From positions 8,060,001 to 8,124,000 of the forward strand of contig NC_042998.1 of the NCBI RefSeq assembly GCF_006345805.1: a DNA stretch of 64,000 nt. Reading direction: 5' to 3'. Shown in pieces: positions 12,274-26,657 of the stretch (positions are counted from its first letter, which is position 1; each line of letters begins with the position of its first letter). Source of the DNA: Octopus sinensis (taxonomy: Eukaryota). Position numbers and translations under genes: made by a program. The notes under the pieces were generated by a model, which ran no database searches, was not told where the DNA came from, and saw nothing but the letters and a program-made list of their open reading frames with translations.

Positions 12274-15200
12274 TTATAGATATGCTTATATATATATCCA
12301 TACATACACGCAAACCCATACAGACATACAACATAACACACATATATTCACACATACATACATAAACACATACACATATGTATATATATACACACACACG
12401 CACAATAATTGGCCTACCTTCATCAACGAACGACATGGCACATACATAAAGTATTTTAAAACATGTGTGAAAAATTTTTTAACAGCGGTGGTATTATTTC
12501 ACAATTCCCGTCGCTTTCAACTTATCTTTCCGGTGTATTAATTTTACAAATTTACACAATTATTTTTATGAGATGATCGAGTTACAAACACAAACTGGAT
12601 TGGTCTCGAGAATAATATCAAGCTAAAATGAGATTAGTCGCTAAAAATATTTGATAAACAGACGGACAAATGCAATTCTGGATTCGTGCGTTCCTACATA
12701 TTGGCCCTTTCAATTCAAATTGTCACATTGTTCAAAGTATGGCTGTGTAATTAAGAAGTTCCTATTAGGCCTATATCTTTTCAGATCCAAAAGCCATTAC
12801 GTAATACTTTCAGCAAATATCTTTTAACATAACGGAAACTCTTGATACTGAAATTTGATTTAAGGAAAACCTCTCGGAGAAACAGATTGGACATTAGAGT
12901 TTGATACCGCCATCTGCGCCTTACCTCCATGTAGAGATATTTATTCCATTGCATGCACTCGTGTCATGTCTCCGGCACCTTGCGTCTAACCCCCAATAAG
13001 GGAAGCTTTGAAATAAGTCCTGGGCACTAGTCTTTTTCCCTGATTATGTCATTAAAACAGAAAATATGGACAAATACGTTGAGATTCTGTTATTCATTCA
13101 ACAACAATTTCATCTCCTAAACAGGTATACATAAACAAGTCTTAGATCAAAATGTTTTTTTTAGTAAAATTATGGTTTAGGGAAACTAGTATCTCGTTGA
13201 CTTTTAAGAGGGATCTCATAATGAGAGCATTGGATTATTAACTACATTATATAAGTGGGCCTCACATGCGAATATTGGAGTATTTCAGTGATTTTGATTT
13301 ATTAATAAATTCGGTCCGGACTTTGGTATTCATAACGAATAATTGCTTTCGTTGACCTAATAGAAGTTGTTATCACTATAACATGAAAGTATGAATTTAG
13401 AGACTGCTAACATTATTATTTTTATCTGGTATATTAAAACATATTTTTTAACAAGAATTGGTGCAATTGTTTTTGTGTTGAAAGATTATTTTAGGCATTG
13501 AAAAATATAGTAAGATTTTAAGATAGTGCTTTTCGTAATGGTGGAAAATTTTGTTACGTCAGTCTCTTTAAGGACATTAATGGTTTAAGTTCTATGCTAT
13601 GGATCTATGGATGTATGGATCTATGGATGTATGCTATGAATTTAAGCTATGGCTCAATGACGACGAGGAATCAGTTGATATTAAAAATATGATTTTTATA
13701 TAAGAAGTCCATTGTTTATATTAAAAGAATGCTGTGATAAGATATCCGATATGTTCCAAGATAAAACCAGAATTACACCCCACAGTGCATGCATGGTCTA
13801 AAGAAACTGAAGCATAGAAATGTTCATGTCAGGAATTTAGAATTGTTATTAATACTTTCCACTGAATACTTCTAATGACCAAAAGTAACGATTTAAGAAT
13901 AAAGAATCAGAAATTGCTAGTTAGGTCTAAAGAAGTGTTTATCAGAAATAGTCTTCCATAAACATTGTATGAAATATCTTTGAATTTAGTAATAATGACT
14001 TGTGTATCCGTCTTGATACAATTGGCTGCAGACCTATAAAAATGCTTCTATATAATCTAGAATAAAACGAATTTGCTGGAAACGGAAAATAGTTGCAACT
14101 GTTAAAACGGTTTTAAAAGTATATTCAAAATACATGAGCTTCATGACATATCGGAAGGGGAAAACTTCTTAAACCATCGGCTTTGATGGGCTGACAATAG
14201 CAATTTCTTATGAAACTGCAGCATCAAGTTTGGATCTATCTGGAAAAAATGATGAACGACAAACTAGCAGGAAATAATACAAGTCTAATTCTTAAAGGTG
14301 AAGCGAAGATATAGCTGCTCCTGTAAACCGACATAAACGTTTCCGGAACTCATTACTAAAAAAATACTAATTCCAGAATTGATGCAAGAACAAATAGTTT
14401 AAATCATGCTAGACACAGTTCTCGAATAGTAAAAGGTTTTAAGTCAATTAATTTCTGGGAGATGTGAAGCCTGTGTCATGGTTAATGCTTGTGGAGTTCT
14501 ATGCGTTTTACAAGTTGATTGAGATTATTTAAGGTGGCTAAAATTTCAATGTCGGAGATTAACTATCCAGTTGACTATAACAACCGAACTTAAAGTATCG
14601 TCTGCAACTACGGCTTGACTTTCTAAAATATAGCACGAAATGTATAGTTTAAACTAGTATAGTTTATGTTAGTGTTCTGTTATATCGCTTACTTCAGCAA
14701 TTCTACAAATTCACGTCGATAACATAAGCAACAAACTGAAAAATAAGAACTTGAAATGGTGCTGATATAATCGACTAAATCCCTACTGGAGGTGCTCAAA
14801 TATGGCGAGAGTCTGATAACTGAAAACGGCAACAAAAAAAATTAAATAAAATAAACGTGTAAAGAATGTGAAGAATCTATCTGACTTTCTACTTATCTAT
14901 CAATATAATATTATATATATATATATATATAATGCTCATATATACATATATAGAGACAGATATCGATACATAAATGCATACATGACCATGTTACAGGAAT
15001 AAATATATGTGTGTGTGTCTATACATATACATATAATATTACATATATATTACATATATATATATCTATACATATATATATTATAATATATATATATATA
15101 TATATGTATAGATATATGTATATTATATGTATATATATATATATGTATATATATATATGTATATATATTATATATATATATACATATTGACATATATCTA

Positions 15201-15320
15201 TTTATATATATATATATATATTATATATATACACATATATCTATACATATATCTATACATATACATATATATATATATTATATATATAAGTATGTATATA
15301 TAATATATATGTGTATATTA

Positions 15321-15367
<47 letters not shown>

Positions 15368-15927
15368 AACAGACAGACAGACACAGCGAGAAAGAAAGAG
15401 AAAGACATACATTATACCTAAATAAATAGACACGCACACACACATAGAGTGAGAAATCTTTAATGGAGCTCCGAATGAAATGCAAAGTGTTCAAGTTCCC
15501 AATAAGAGAGAGTGAGAGAGAAAAGTTGTGGAAACGTAAAAAGGCGTGGAGAGAAACGAGTGAAATCTTAACAAGATCTTGACCCTTAGGGAAAATCAGC
15601 AATCTTACAAATCCCACAAACTGCAAGTCATGAACTCGAAAGGTGATACGATCTGACGTGAAAATTACGTTAACGCCCCTAAAATTTTATATCTTCACAA
15701 TCTCGTATCATTAACATATCGAGGGTGTCATTATTTGTCGCTCAGCCTGCTAGAAATAACTACAAAATATCCCTCAAATCGGACCATATCCTGTTGTGTA
15801 AGTTCATGGTACTTTTGACAATTCGATCCTACACATCCGTAAAATAGGTGTTATTGTCAAGGCTAAAAATTTGTTTCATGCTAAGAATTTGTTTGATGCT
15901 AACGAGAGCAGCAGCAGCAGCAGCAGT

Positions 15928-16260
15928 GGAGGCGCAATGGCCCAGTGGTTAGGGCAGCGGACTCGCGGTCGGAGGATCGCGGTTTCGATTCCCAGACCGG
16001 GCGTTGTGTGTGTTTATTGAGCGAAAACACCTAAAAGCTTCACGAGGCTCCGACAGGGGGTGGTGGCGACCCCTGTTGTACTCTTTCGCCCCTAATTTAT
16101 CTCTCTCTCTTCCTGTTTCTTGTCCCCGACTTCCTGCGCAACCGCTGATCCTGGATGCGCATTCATCCATCCGTCGATGCTCTCGGTGTCGGAGGGGGGG
16201 GGGGTTGACCTGCTTTCTTTTCTGCGGGTCTTACGAATAGCAAAATACCACGTTTCGGAC
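15928..16260 (+). mobile_element. SINE family 3 with a different 3' part, inserted in (CAG)n
   Basis: Head is nearly identical to 4411. Confidence 0.8.
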
Positions 16261-17624
16261 TTCTCCCATCTTGCGAGCTCTGGGACGAAGAACGTTCGCT
16301 CAACACCAACAGCAGCATCATCAGCAGCCGCAATAAAAGCAATATTAAAATCAGCTGCAACAACTACAACCACAGCAGCAACAGCTAGGGATTATATACG
16401 GCCTGAAATTAAAGACTCTGTAATGAAGGCCTCCTCCAATCTTATGCGAAATAGAATCTTTTACTCATTACGTCAACCCCACCAACACCGCCGTCACCAT
16501 CATAAAAAGACTTCATTGAACTCATAAATATGTCTCTCTATTTCTCGTTATCTGTCGTATCTCTCTCGTCTGCTCCATATTTCTTTTACTCATCGGCGTT
16601 GGCGTCGACATCTCTCTCTCTTTTCTCCGTCTTTTCTCTCTCCCTCTTTCTCTTTCTCCTCTCCTTTACTATCTTTCTTTCTTTCTTTCTTTTCTTCTTT
16701 CTTTCCATGCTAAGAATTTTGGTTCCCAGACAATATTTAATTTGTGCTGACAAATGGCACACAGGAGGGAACAATACACACATCCACACACACATACATA
16801 CACATGTGTATATGCATACATGTATGTATGTGCATATTTGTGTATGTAAGTTTAAGGTGTGTGTCTGCGTGTGTGTGTGTATATGTATACACATACACAT
16901 ATATGTATGCATGTATGTATGTATGTGTATATATATATATACATATATATATAATATATATATATATGTATGTATGTATGTATGTATATATGTATATATA
17001 AGTGTGTGTGTATATATATATATTTATATATATATGTATGTATGTGTATGTATATATATGTATATATATATATATGTGTGTGTGTATGTGCATATATATA
17101 TATATGTATGTGTGTGTGTGTGTGTGTGTGTGTGACAGTCAGGCGACTGACTAGACTGGAGCGGTTAATATTTTCCTTAACACTGGCGAAACTTTGGAAT
17201 CACTGTCACTATGGAATTACAGACACGACATTACTCACACGCACACATATGCACAACCACACAAACACTGTCACAGGCGTGATCTGAAGTGGAAAATGAA
17301 TTGGACTGAACATAAATTTGTTATTAAAGTTTTGAGAAAGGGTACAGAAAGATCAAAGACAGACTGGCAGTCACACAGACAGACAGACAGACAGGCAGAC
17401 AGACATATAGTTATGAGAGGAGTAAAAAAGAGAGTGAAGGAGAAGTGAGACAGAAAATTGCAGGAGAATGTGAGATTGTCGAATATTATATTTATTAGTG
17501 CCAAACGTTACGTATGACCAAGATATATTCTTTCCCTAAATGGTGAAATAAAATTCCAGGGAGCCCGGTTTAATTTATGTTTCCAGTCAAATACGCTTTC
17601 CATAAGAATTTATATTCATGAGAA

Positions 17625-18090
17625 GAGGCAGCTGGTTTTCAGAATATTTAGCAACGCCGAGCAAAATGGTTAGCGACATTTCGTCCGTCCTTACATTCTA
17701 AGTTCAAATTCCGCCAAAGTCAACTTTGCCTTTCATTATTTCGGGTTTATTTACAATAAGTACCAGTTGAACACTGTCGTCGATTTCATCGACTACCGAT
17801 CTCCCACCAAAAAAAAAAAAAAGAAAATTGCTGGCCTTGTGTCAAAATTTGAATCCACTAATTTATATTCATGAGATAATGCAGCGAACTGACACAAAAT
17901 CGTTAGCCTGCCGGGCAAGATTCTTAGCTGCACTTTACCCGGCTTTACATTTTGAGTTGAGATTCGGCCGAGGTCGACTTTGCCTTTCAGCGTCGATGAA
18001 ATAAGTACAAGTTTGAACGCTGGGGACGATGTAATCGACTAGCGTCATACCCGCGAAATTGCTGGCCTTCTGCCAGAATTTGAAACCAAT
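17625..18090 (+). mobile_element. Two degenerate SINE family 1 copies
   Basis: GAGTTCAAATTCC-like and GCCTTTCA...AAGTAC motifs occur twice. Confidence 0.65.
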
Positions 18091-18307
18091 TTATATTCAA
18101 GAGAAACGCATCATCTTTGTGTAACCATAATTCCTCTACATCCTTGTGACGTTATGCTTGTATCTGTAGCAATTTTCTTATATTTACAGTTGTGGCGTTG
18201 ATGTTAGGGTTTAATACATCTGTAGTCGCTAAAATAATATACATCAATGCATTCCTTCATTGTCTCTTATTCAGCAAACTATGTGCGTGTGAGCGCGTTT
18301 TGCAAAG

Positions 18308-18343
<36 letters not shown>

Positions 18344-18380
18344 TCATTAAGTGGAACTTGTTACCGGTTAAGTAGCGGGC

Positions 18381-18790
18381 TCTTTTACTCTTTTACCTGT
18401 TTCAGTCATTTGACTGTGGCCATGCTGCAGCACCGCTTTTAGTCGACCAGATCGACCCAGGACTTATTCTTTGTAAGCCTAGTACTTATTCTATCGTACT
18501 CTTTTGCCGAACCGCTAAGTTATGGGGATGTAAACACACCAGCACCGATTGTCAAGCGATGTTGGGGGGACAAACACAGACACACAAACATACATAAACA
18601 CACACACATATATATATATACATATATACGACGGGCTTCTTTCAGTTTCCGTCTACCAAATCCACTCACAAGGCTTTGGTCGGCCCGAGGCTATAGTAGA
18701 AGACACTTGCCCAAGGTGCCACGCAGTGGGACTGAAGCCGGGACCATGTGATTGGTAAGCAAGCTACTTACGACACAGCCACTCCTAGGC
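18381..18790 (-). mobile_element. SINE family 2
   Basis: Full-length match to other family 2 copies. Confidence 0.85.
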
Positions 18791-18955
18791 CTATACGTAG
18801 GTATATTTCAACTTTATTAGATGTATTTTGATAAACAAAAGCAAAAGTTTACCGTCACTACAAAGCTATGTCTATTCAGGAGCAATGAATACGGATAATT
18901 CACCCTCGACGGGTATTTATTTGTACCTTACCCGCCAGCAGCATGCAATTAAAGT

Positions 18956-19377
18956 AAGGCGGCGAGCTGGCAGAAACGTTAGCGCACCGGGCGAAATGCT
19001 TAGCGGTGTTTCGTCTGCGTTACGTTGTGAGTTCAAATTCCGCCGAGGTCGACTTTGCCTTTCATCCTTTCGGGGTCGATAAATTAAGTACCAGTTACGC
19101 ACTGGGGTCGATGTAATCGACTTAATACCTATGTCTGTCCTTGTTTGTCCCCTCTGTGTTTAGCCCCTTGTGGGTAATAAAGAAATAGGTATTTCGTCTG
19201 CTGCTACGTTCTGAGTTCAAATTCCGCCGAGGTCAACTTTGCCTTTCATCCTTTTTGGGGTCGATTAAACAAGTACTAGTTACGCACTGGGGTCGATATA
19301 ATCGACTTAATCCGTTTGTCTGTCCTTGTTTGTCTTCTCTGTGTTTAGCCCCTTGTGGGTAGTAAAGAAATAGGTAA
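18956..19377 (+). mobile_element. SINE family 1 with tandemly duplicated 3' core
   Basis: Head at 18956; core repeated from about 19190. Confidence 0.85.
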
Positions 19378-21111
19378 TTATTTGTCTGATTAACACTTCA
19401 GGATGCAGTCCAGTGACTTAGATAAATAACAAATAAAAGGTTGTATTCTGTATGGAGATTACTATAGGTTGAATCATGCTTTTTGCGTAGATCACTATGG
19501 TGGAACGGGAAGAGAAATTTCACATGATATGCGAGTGAAGCATCTAGCTAAACTCATGCTAGAATGGTAAGCATGCTGAAATAAGAAGTATAATTTATCA
19601 TACTTTTAAGAATAGTTTTTTAAGTATGTGTCACAACGTTATCCGAAACTGTAGAGCGGTATCATGTAATAAATACCCCAGTTTGGAGTCTTTAATTTAT
19701 TGCTTATGCTTGCGATTTGAATAATCTATATTTCTTCTACTTGCATAATTCCCTTCAGAGATCTTAAACTGGATTTCCTCACCGCCCTGAAAGGTTTAAT
19801 CAGACAAATAAACGCCAGTCATGTTATTTTTTGTAAGTTTGATACTTTTTCTATCAAAGTGACAGCAAAGTCACAAGGAGGTAGACGAAATAATACCGGT
19901 TATCAGCGGTGAGAAGGGGACACATATAAGAACAGAGACACACACATACATACATTCATACACGTACACACACACATACACACGCACACACACACATGAC
20001 AGACTTTCACATAGTTTCCATTTACCAAAATTCGTGCACAAAGTATATTTGTCGATCTGAGGCTATAGAGGACACTTGCTCAAAGTGCGGCACAGTGTGT
20101 CTGTACCTGAAACCGCATACTTGCAAAGTAAGCTTCTTAACCACGCAGCCCATACCTGCGTCTATAAAGTGATATTTTGTATCAAATATGAATTTTGTTT
20201 CATAAATTCGTAATATATCAAAAGCTAAATCTTTTCTTTTTTAAAAAAAGCCGTGGTATATTTCTTTCGTTTTAAGGTCACTCTATTGATTTCCTCTTAT
20301 TTCAACTGATCATATTTTAATATTATGTATTGCACATATACATCCATAACCTCATACATAAGCATTAAAACCGACAAGTATCTACATTCATATCTTAATG
20401 CATACATTAAAGAGATTAGCACATCGGTTGATTCTATTGATGAATCCCAGGGTACAGGTAGAATAGGTGAAGAGTCGTCGTTCAGAAATACCGGTGGCCA
20501 CAAAAGAGAGCTGTGAGTAAAAATAATGCTTTTATTGTTCGTGCTTATAGGTGAGGGTCTTCTAAACTTGATGCAAAGTAACTCCACAAATAGACAGATG
20601 ACTGACGGCAAATTCAAGATCCTTTTCTCTCCCCCCCCTCTCTCTCCGACAAGAAATTCATGGTATATGATTTATTCATTTATATGAATTATATTCTATT
20701 CAGTTGATGCTATTTTGTTAAGGTCAATTCGCTGATCTCTTTGTTGTGTACAACGTTCATGTCTTTTCCAAAGCACCGTCAGCAAAACAGAGGGTGATCG
20801 CTTCAGTCGAGATTTGAAACCACAGCGTAATCTTTGGTTGCTAGGAGTTTATGCCTGCTTTTTGTAATGCCACTAACATTAGAAACAAGATAATTTTACT
20901 TAATATTTTGACGAAAACAAAAGTTATTGTATCTTCTACAAACTCCGTTTTAATTCACGTAAGAATAGAAGTGGAAATCAAAGATAAAGTCTTTGAACTT
21001 TTATCATATGCACATGATAAATTTTCAGATAAAAGTATAGTGTTTAAACTATAGATATTTGTTCACCTTCTGTTCTTAAAAAATAATAGCCGTATTCAAG
21101 TTCTGTTTGTG

Positions 21112-21176
<65 letters not shown>

Positions 21177-21678
21177 GTATATGTATATATATGTTAAAAC
21201 TTGTTTTTGTCTCAAAGATTTATATTGTTATTTTCTTCCTATTGCCCTACAGCCGTTTTTACATGTATGGATGATTTAATAATAAAAAACAACACATTAT
21301 GATACTTTCATAATGATAGCATAAAATATTTAATTGCAAAAATTTGCCCATATTCAACTATGAATAGAACAACGGTGATAAGAATAATAAAATTTAAAGT
21401 TGTAAAGATGACTACATCAGACAACAACAATTATTTAGATTATGCATTAGTAAAAACCAGAGTAAAACCACATCGAACACAAAACTACTGTAATAATAAA
21501 TTAATTGTCTGCAAAAGACACTTGAGACTAAGTCAAATTTACATAACTTTATAAAAATGAAAATGGGGTTAAAATAGTATAAATAATTAATCCGCATAAA
21601 AGCTATCTAACTATATTTTCTCAAATTTTGTTAGTCTTTATTGAGGTCCAAAACGTTTTGATATCAACATAATATGTG

Positions 21679-21731
<53 letters not shown>

Positions 21732-21989
21732 ATGTGTGTGTGTGTGTGTGTGTGTGTCTGTGGAGAATGACAGACAAATAAAGACCGATCCCGTGGCCAT
21801 TTCTAAACTTTCCTCGATGTATAATTGGTTCACCAGTCAAGACAATAGGTTGTCTTTTCAAAGAATATGACTATGTCGAGTAAATTAGGGAGTAACATGC
21901 CACTGGTTGAGCCCAAAACAAACTAAATAAACTATTGGAATTCATAGTTGTATTGAGCACTTAAACATATATATATATATATATATAAA

Positions 21990-22315
21990 CGTATATAAAC
22001 AGAAGATACAAATATTACAGGCATCATCCCACACACACTAAATAAACATAGACGCACATAGAGATATAAGCATGCGCAAAAGAAGACATACAATAGAAAT
22101 ACAAAATGGCTGACGGTTAGTAAGGAGAGACACAAATAAGAAAGAAGAAAACAAAGGACCACTGATGCGGTCACAGGAGTGTGACGAAAGAACTCTGGCC
22201 GAAATAAGATTAAGGTTAATGTAAAAAAATAAATAACACTGAAGCAAAGTAACACTAAATATATAGTGCGTGTGTTTTTATTGGCTAAACTGGCAAAATG
22301 ACCATTCCGAAATAT

Positions 22316-22320
<5 letters not shown>
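21990..22320 (+). mobile_element. Solo PLE pseudo-LTR (family A) containing an HHR
   Basis: Nearly identical to 33200-33535, the 3' pLTR of the GIY-YIG element; flanked by (TA)n. Confidence 0.85.
22156..22200 (+). ncRNA. Hammerhead ribozyme, variant core CUGAUGC (family A)
   Basis: GGACCA-CTGATGC-G-GTCAC-aggagt-GTGAC-GAAA-GAAC-TC/TGGCC; identical to 33372-33416. Confidence 0.7.
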
Positions 22321-22371
<51 letters not shown>

Positions 22372-22386
22372 ATATATATATATATA

Positions 22387-23392
22387 TATAAGGCAAGGAG
22401 AAAAATGGAGAAGATAATTATTGACAAACTGACAAGCAACAGCTTACAAACATCAGCTAGATCTATTTATTAATTACAATCATATGAATAGATAGATATA
22501 TAAAGAAGAATAAATGAGTGAATATAACTCTACTCTTACACCGGTATTCTTAAATTTGTTTTAACGCTATTGGTTTTAAATATGAGCTGACCAATTAAGT
22601 TGTAGGACTGACATTGGCCTTACCCTATTCATCATAGGGGTATTATGATGAAACGCTTTGTTAATAAAGAATAACATCACACTTAAATTACACCCAAATT
22701 ATTTCTTCATTGATATAACTACGTATTGATTTCCCCAAATATGTTTACATAAACTAAATTTTATTGCTATTCTATTGCATAGATTTTAGTTTCTAACTAA
22801 TGATCCCTGTTATATGGATCATCCCATTAACCCCACCCTATAACGTTTTATCTCTACTATATCCTCCATTAGATTGAAATAAGATGTGATCTCACAACCT
22901 GTGGATATTATTTTGAAATTTACTTCTTTACTATTTTTATACTATTTTTTTTATTATTTTATTATACTTTTTTTACTTGTTTAATTCTTGCCACTATGAA
23001 CTCTCTGATGAAGCTTCGGAGTTCAGTTTTTGTTCATTTTTGTACAATCTTTGTATAATCCGGGAATGGTGCGTCAACTTTGGCATGCTGGACCCCCCAA
23101 AGTAGAAACGGCTGTAAGTAGAGTTATATTCACTCATTTATTCTTATTTATGTATTTATTCATATGATTGTAATTAATAAATAAATCTAGTTGATGTTTG
23201 TCAATTAATTATCTTCTCCAATTTCTTCCTTCCTTATAAATTCTGGCAAAATTTTTCTTTACCTCTATACACACATACCTATTATTCAATTGCACTATTG
23301 CCTTACAACAGTAAGCATTTGGATATACATAGGTATACGTCCAGTAGTATATTGGATACTTGTTATCCCTTAGATGGTTATCTAACCTCTAA

Positions 23393-23396
<4 letters not shown>
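22387..23396 (+). mobile_element. Non-coding PLE pLTR/retrozyme-like insertion (family B), copy 1, with inverted 5' arm
   Basis: 22387-22540 is an inverted copy of about 23113-23238; contains an HHR; (TA)n on both sides. Confidence 0.75.
22999..23125 (+). ncRNA. Hammerhead ribozyme with ~90-nt stem II (family B)
   Basis: AACTCT stem I; CTGATGA 23005-23011; stem II GCTTCGG/CCAAAGT (GCTTTGG in copy 2); GAAAC-GGCT-GTA 23105-23116; then AGTAGAGTT. Confidence 0.6.
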
Positions 23397-23465
<69 letters not shown>

Positions 23466-23466
23466 G

Positions 23467-23623
23467 TTTAAATATTTGTTGTGCAAGATTTTTTACGTGA
23501 AGTCGTGTGTTGAAACAGATATTGTTATATTTCGGAATGGTCATATTGCCAGTTTAGCCAATGAAAACACACGCACTATATATTTATTTGGCTAAACTGG
23601 CAATATGACCATTCCGAAATATA
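23467..23623. mobile_element. Head-to-head inverted fragments of family A pLTR 3' end
   Basis: 23467-23584 is the reverse complement of about 33475-33590; 23586-23623 is in forward orientation. Repeated at about 24755-24915. Confidence 0.8.
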
Positions 23624-23624
23624 A

Positions 23625-23657
<33 letters not shown>

Positions 23658-23669
23658 TATATATATAAT

Positions 23670-24682
23670 ATATAAGGCAAGGAAGAAAATGGAGAAGATA
23701 ATTATTGACAAACTGACAAGCAACAGCTTACAAACATCAGCTAGATCTCTATTTTTAGTTATACAATCATATGAATAGATAGATATATATAAAGAAGAAT
23801 AAATGAGTGAATATAACTCTACTCTTACACCCGGTATTCTTAAATTGTGTTTTAACGCTATTGGTTTTAAATATGAGCTGACCAATTAAGTTGTAGGACT
23901 GACATTGGCCTTACCCTATTCATCATAGGGGTATTATGATGAAAAACGCTTTGTTAATAAAGAATAACATCACACTTTAAATACACCCAAATTATTTCTT
24001 TATTGATATACTACGTATTGATTTCCCCAAATATGTTTACATAAACTAAATTTATTGCTATTCTATTGCATAGATTTTAGTTTCTAACTAATGGACCCCT
24101 GGTTATATGGATCATCCCATTAACCCCACCCAAAACGTTTTATCTCTACTATATCCTCCATTAGATTGAAATAAGATGTGATCTCACAACCTGTAGATAT
24201 CATTTTGGAATTTACTACTTTACTATTTTATACTATTTTTTATTATTTTATTATACTTTTTTTACTTGTTTAATTCTTGCCATTATGAACTCTCTGATAA
24301 AGCTTTGGAGTTCAGTTTTTGTTCAATTTTTGTACAATCTTTGTATAATCCGGGAATGGTGCGTCAACTTTGGCATGCTGGACCCCCCAAAGTAGAAACG
24401 GCTGTAAGAGTAGAGTTATATTCACTCATTTATTCTTATTTATGTATTTATTAATATGATTGTAATTAATAAATAGATCTAGCTGATGTTTGTCAATTAA
24501 ATATCTTCTCCATTTTTTCTTGCCTTATAAATTCTGAAAATTTGTTTTTTACCTCTATACACACATACCTATTATTCAATTGCACTATTGCCTTACAACA
24601 GTAAGCATTTGGATTTACATAGGTATACGTCCAGTAGTATATTGGATACTTGTTATCCCTTAGATGGTTATCTAACCTCTAA

Positions 24683-24686
<4 letters not shown>
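23670..24686 (+). mobile_element. Family B insertion, copy 2 (tandem duplicate, period ~1289 bp)
   Basis: Near-identical to 22387-23396. HHR core here is CTGATAA (24294) with GAAAC-GGCT-GTA at 24395-24406. Confidence 0.75.
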
Positions 24687-24733
<47 letters not shown>

Positions 24734-25609
24734 TATAGATAATATATAGTACGTTTAAATATTTGTTGTGCAAGATTTTTTACGTGAAGTCGTGTGTGGT
24801 TGAAAACAGATATTGTTATATTTCGGAATGGTCATATTGCCAGTTTAGCCAATGAAAACACACGCACTATATATTATTTGGCTACTAAACTGGCAATATG
24901 ACCATTCCGAAATATAAATATATATATATATAATATAATTATATATATATATGGATGGATGTATATCTATGTATGTATGTATATTATTTGATGAGGGATA
25001 TATACGAAAGTCTAAGCCTTGAGTTACATTTGTAAATTTCTGCTTATTAAAAAAACATATATAATATCGTCATGTACTGAGTTCTGTTTCATCTGTTCTT
25101 TCAACCAATAAGTGTGTCGGAATTTCAAACTAATAATGTTTAGTTGTTCAGTCAATTTAACAGCAGAAATCGAATTAGCGTGCAAGCGGTTGAGTACTCC
25201 AGAGACATATACACACTGTATAACATATAGTTGTTTATCCTCAGAGGATACGACAATGTTGATATTTTTTTTATGACCAGTGTTCTCGTAGATACAGGTA
25301 AAGTGTGTTGTATTTCTATTCATTGAAACAAGTTATTGTATCTTTTCTTTCTCTGCTTAATTACTTCTCCATGCTCATTAGGAACGGTGACGCAATGGAA
25401 TAGCTTTTCACTCTATTAGATGAAATATGTTTTGCGAATCGACAAATGCATAGCAGAAATATACCGTTAATCAATTCCATGCTAGATTGGACGTTCCTAG
25501 TATTGACTCTTCATCTTAGTACGCAAGAAGCGGCATAATTACATAAAACGAAGATGCGAAAGTAATCAAAAGCAGTTTTCTTATCTATATCCTATTTTGG
25601 TTTAGTAAG

Positions 25610-25928
25610 TGAAGACGTATGGCTCAGCGGTTACGGTATCAGGCTTACAATCGTGAGGTTACGAGTTGATTCGTGGACCGGGCTGCTGTGAATCGTGTCC
25701 TTGAGCAAGGCATTTTATTTCACGTTGCTCCTGTTCACTCAGCCGAAGAAATGAGTTGCGATGTCACCGGTGCCAAGATGTATCAGCCTTAGCCTTTCAC
25801 TTGGACATCATTGATGGCGTGGAGAGGGGTGACTAGTATGCATTGGTGATTGCTGGTCTCCCACAAAGACTTGTACCCTGGAAGGGAACTTTCTAGGTAT
25901 AATCCCATGGTCATACGTGACCGAAAGA
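25610..25928 (+). mobile_element. SINE family 4
   Basis: TGGCTCAGCGGTTA A-box-like head, GTGTCCTTGAGCAAGGCATTTTA core; similar to 37910 and 52068. Confidence 0.7.
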
Positions 25929-26614
25929 TGGTGGGGGGGTTACTCTTTACCCTAGTTTAGTAATGATTCACCCTGATGAAGCCGGTCTATTGTCAAAAAC
26001 CGTTGTGATAATCTTCAGGTTTTTTTGTATACCCCACATTACATTATCTAATCTGTTACCCTCTTTTGATGATGCGAGTGATTTGAAGCAGATTTGACTG
26101 CTATTTCTAACACTTGCACTGTCCACGTAAGGGGCTACCTCGTTTTCTCGGTTAAAGGGTATGGTGACATGTCCTATACTATAAATATCCATTTATAATT
26201 GACACTGTCTGCATTAAAAAATATGTTACTTATTAATAAATGTTTTGCTTCTTATTTTAATCATACGAAACGATACACATGCAGTTAACTGCACTTGGTT
26301 TATATTAGCATATTTATAGTTACAGATGCATTTAGCTGTGAATAACTTCCATGGTTCTCCTTCTCTGACGATTACAGTAAAATTTAATAACCACCTTCTG
26401 TGATACATTTTTAGCCATTTTTCCTGCAGCAAGTTTTCCCTAAATCATGCGAAATCTGCTAATTACTTCTAAATAGATGTTTGCTAACATTACTTCGAAA
26501 TTATAAAACTTCCAATCTTTAACTATTGAGGGGTTAATTATTTTTCATTCCAATGATTATTATGTACTTAATTATCTTTCTGCAATATTTCTCAATAATA
26601 TGTATGTGTGTGTA

Positions 26615-26657
<43 letters not shown>

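Noticed and set aside
13200-14450. Possible heavily degraded LINE coding sequence
   Set aside because: Only faint motifs with many stops; not supportable by eye.
20413-20512. Possible plus-strand exon ending in a GTGAGT donor
   Set aside because: Weak acceptor, no recognisable homology, no supporting neighbouring exons.
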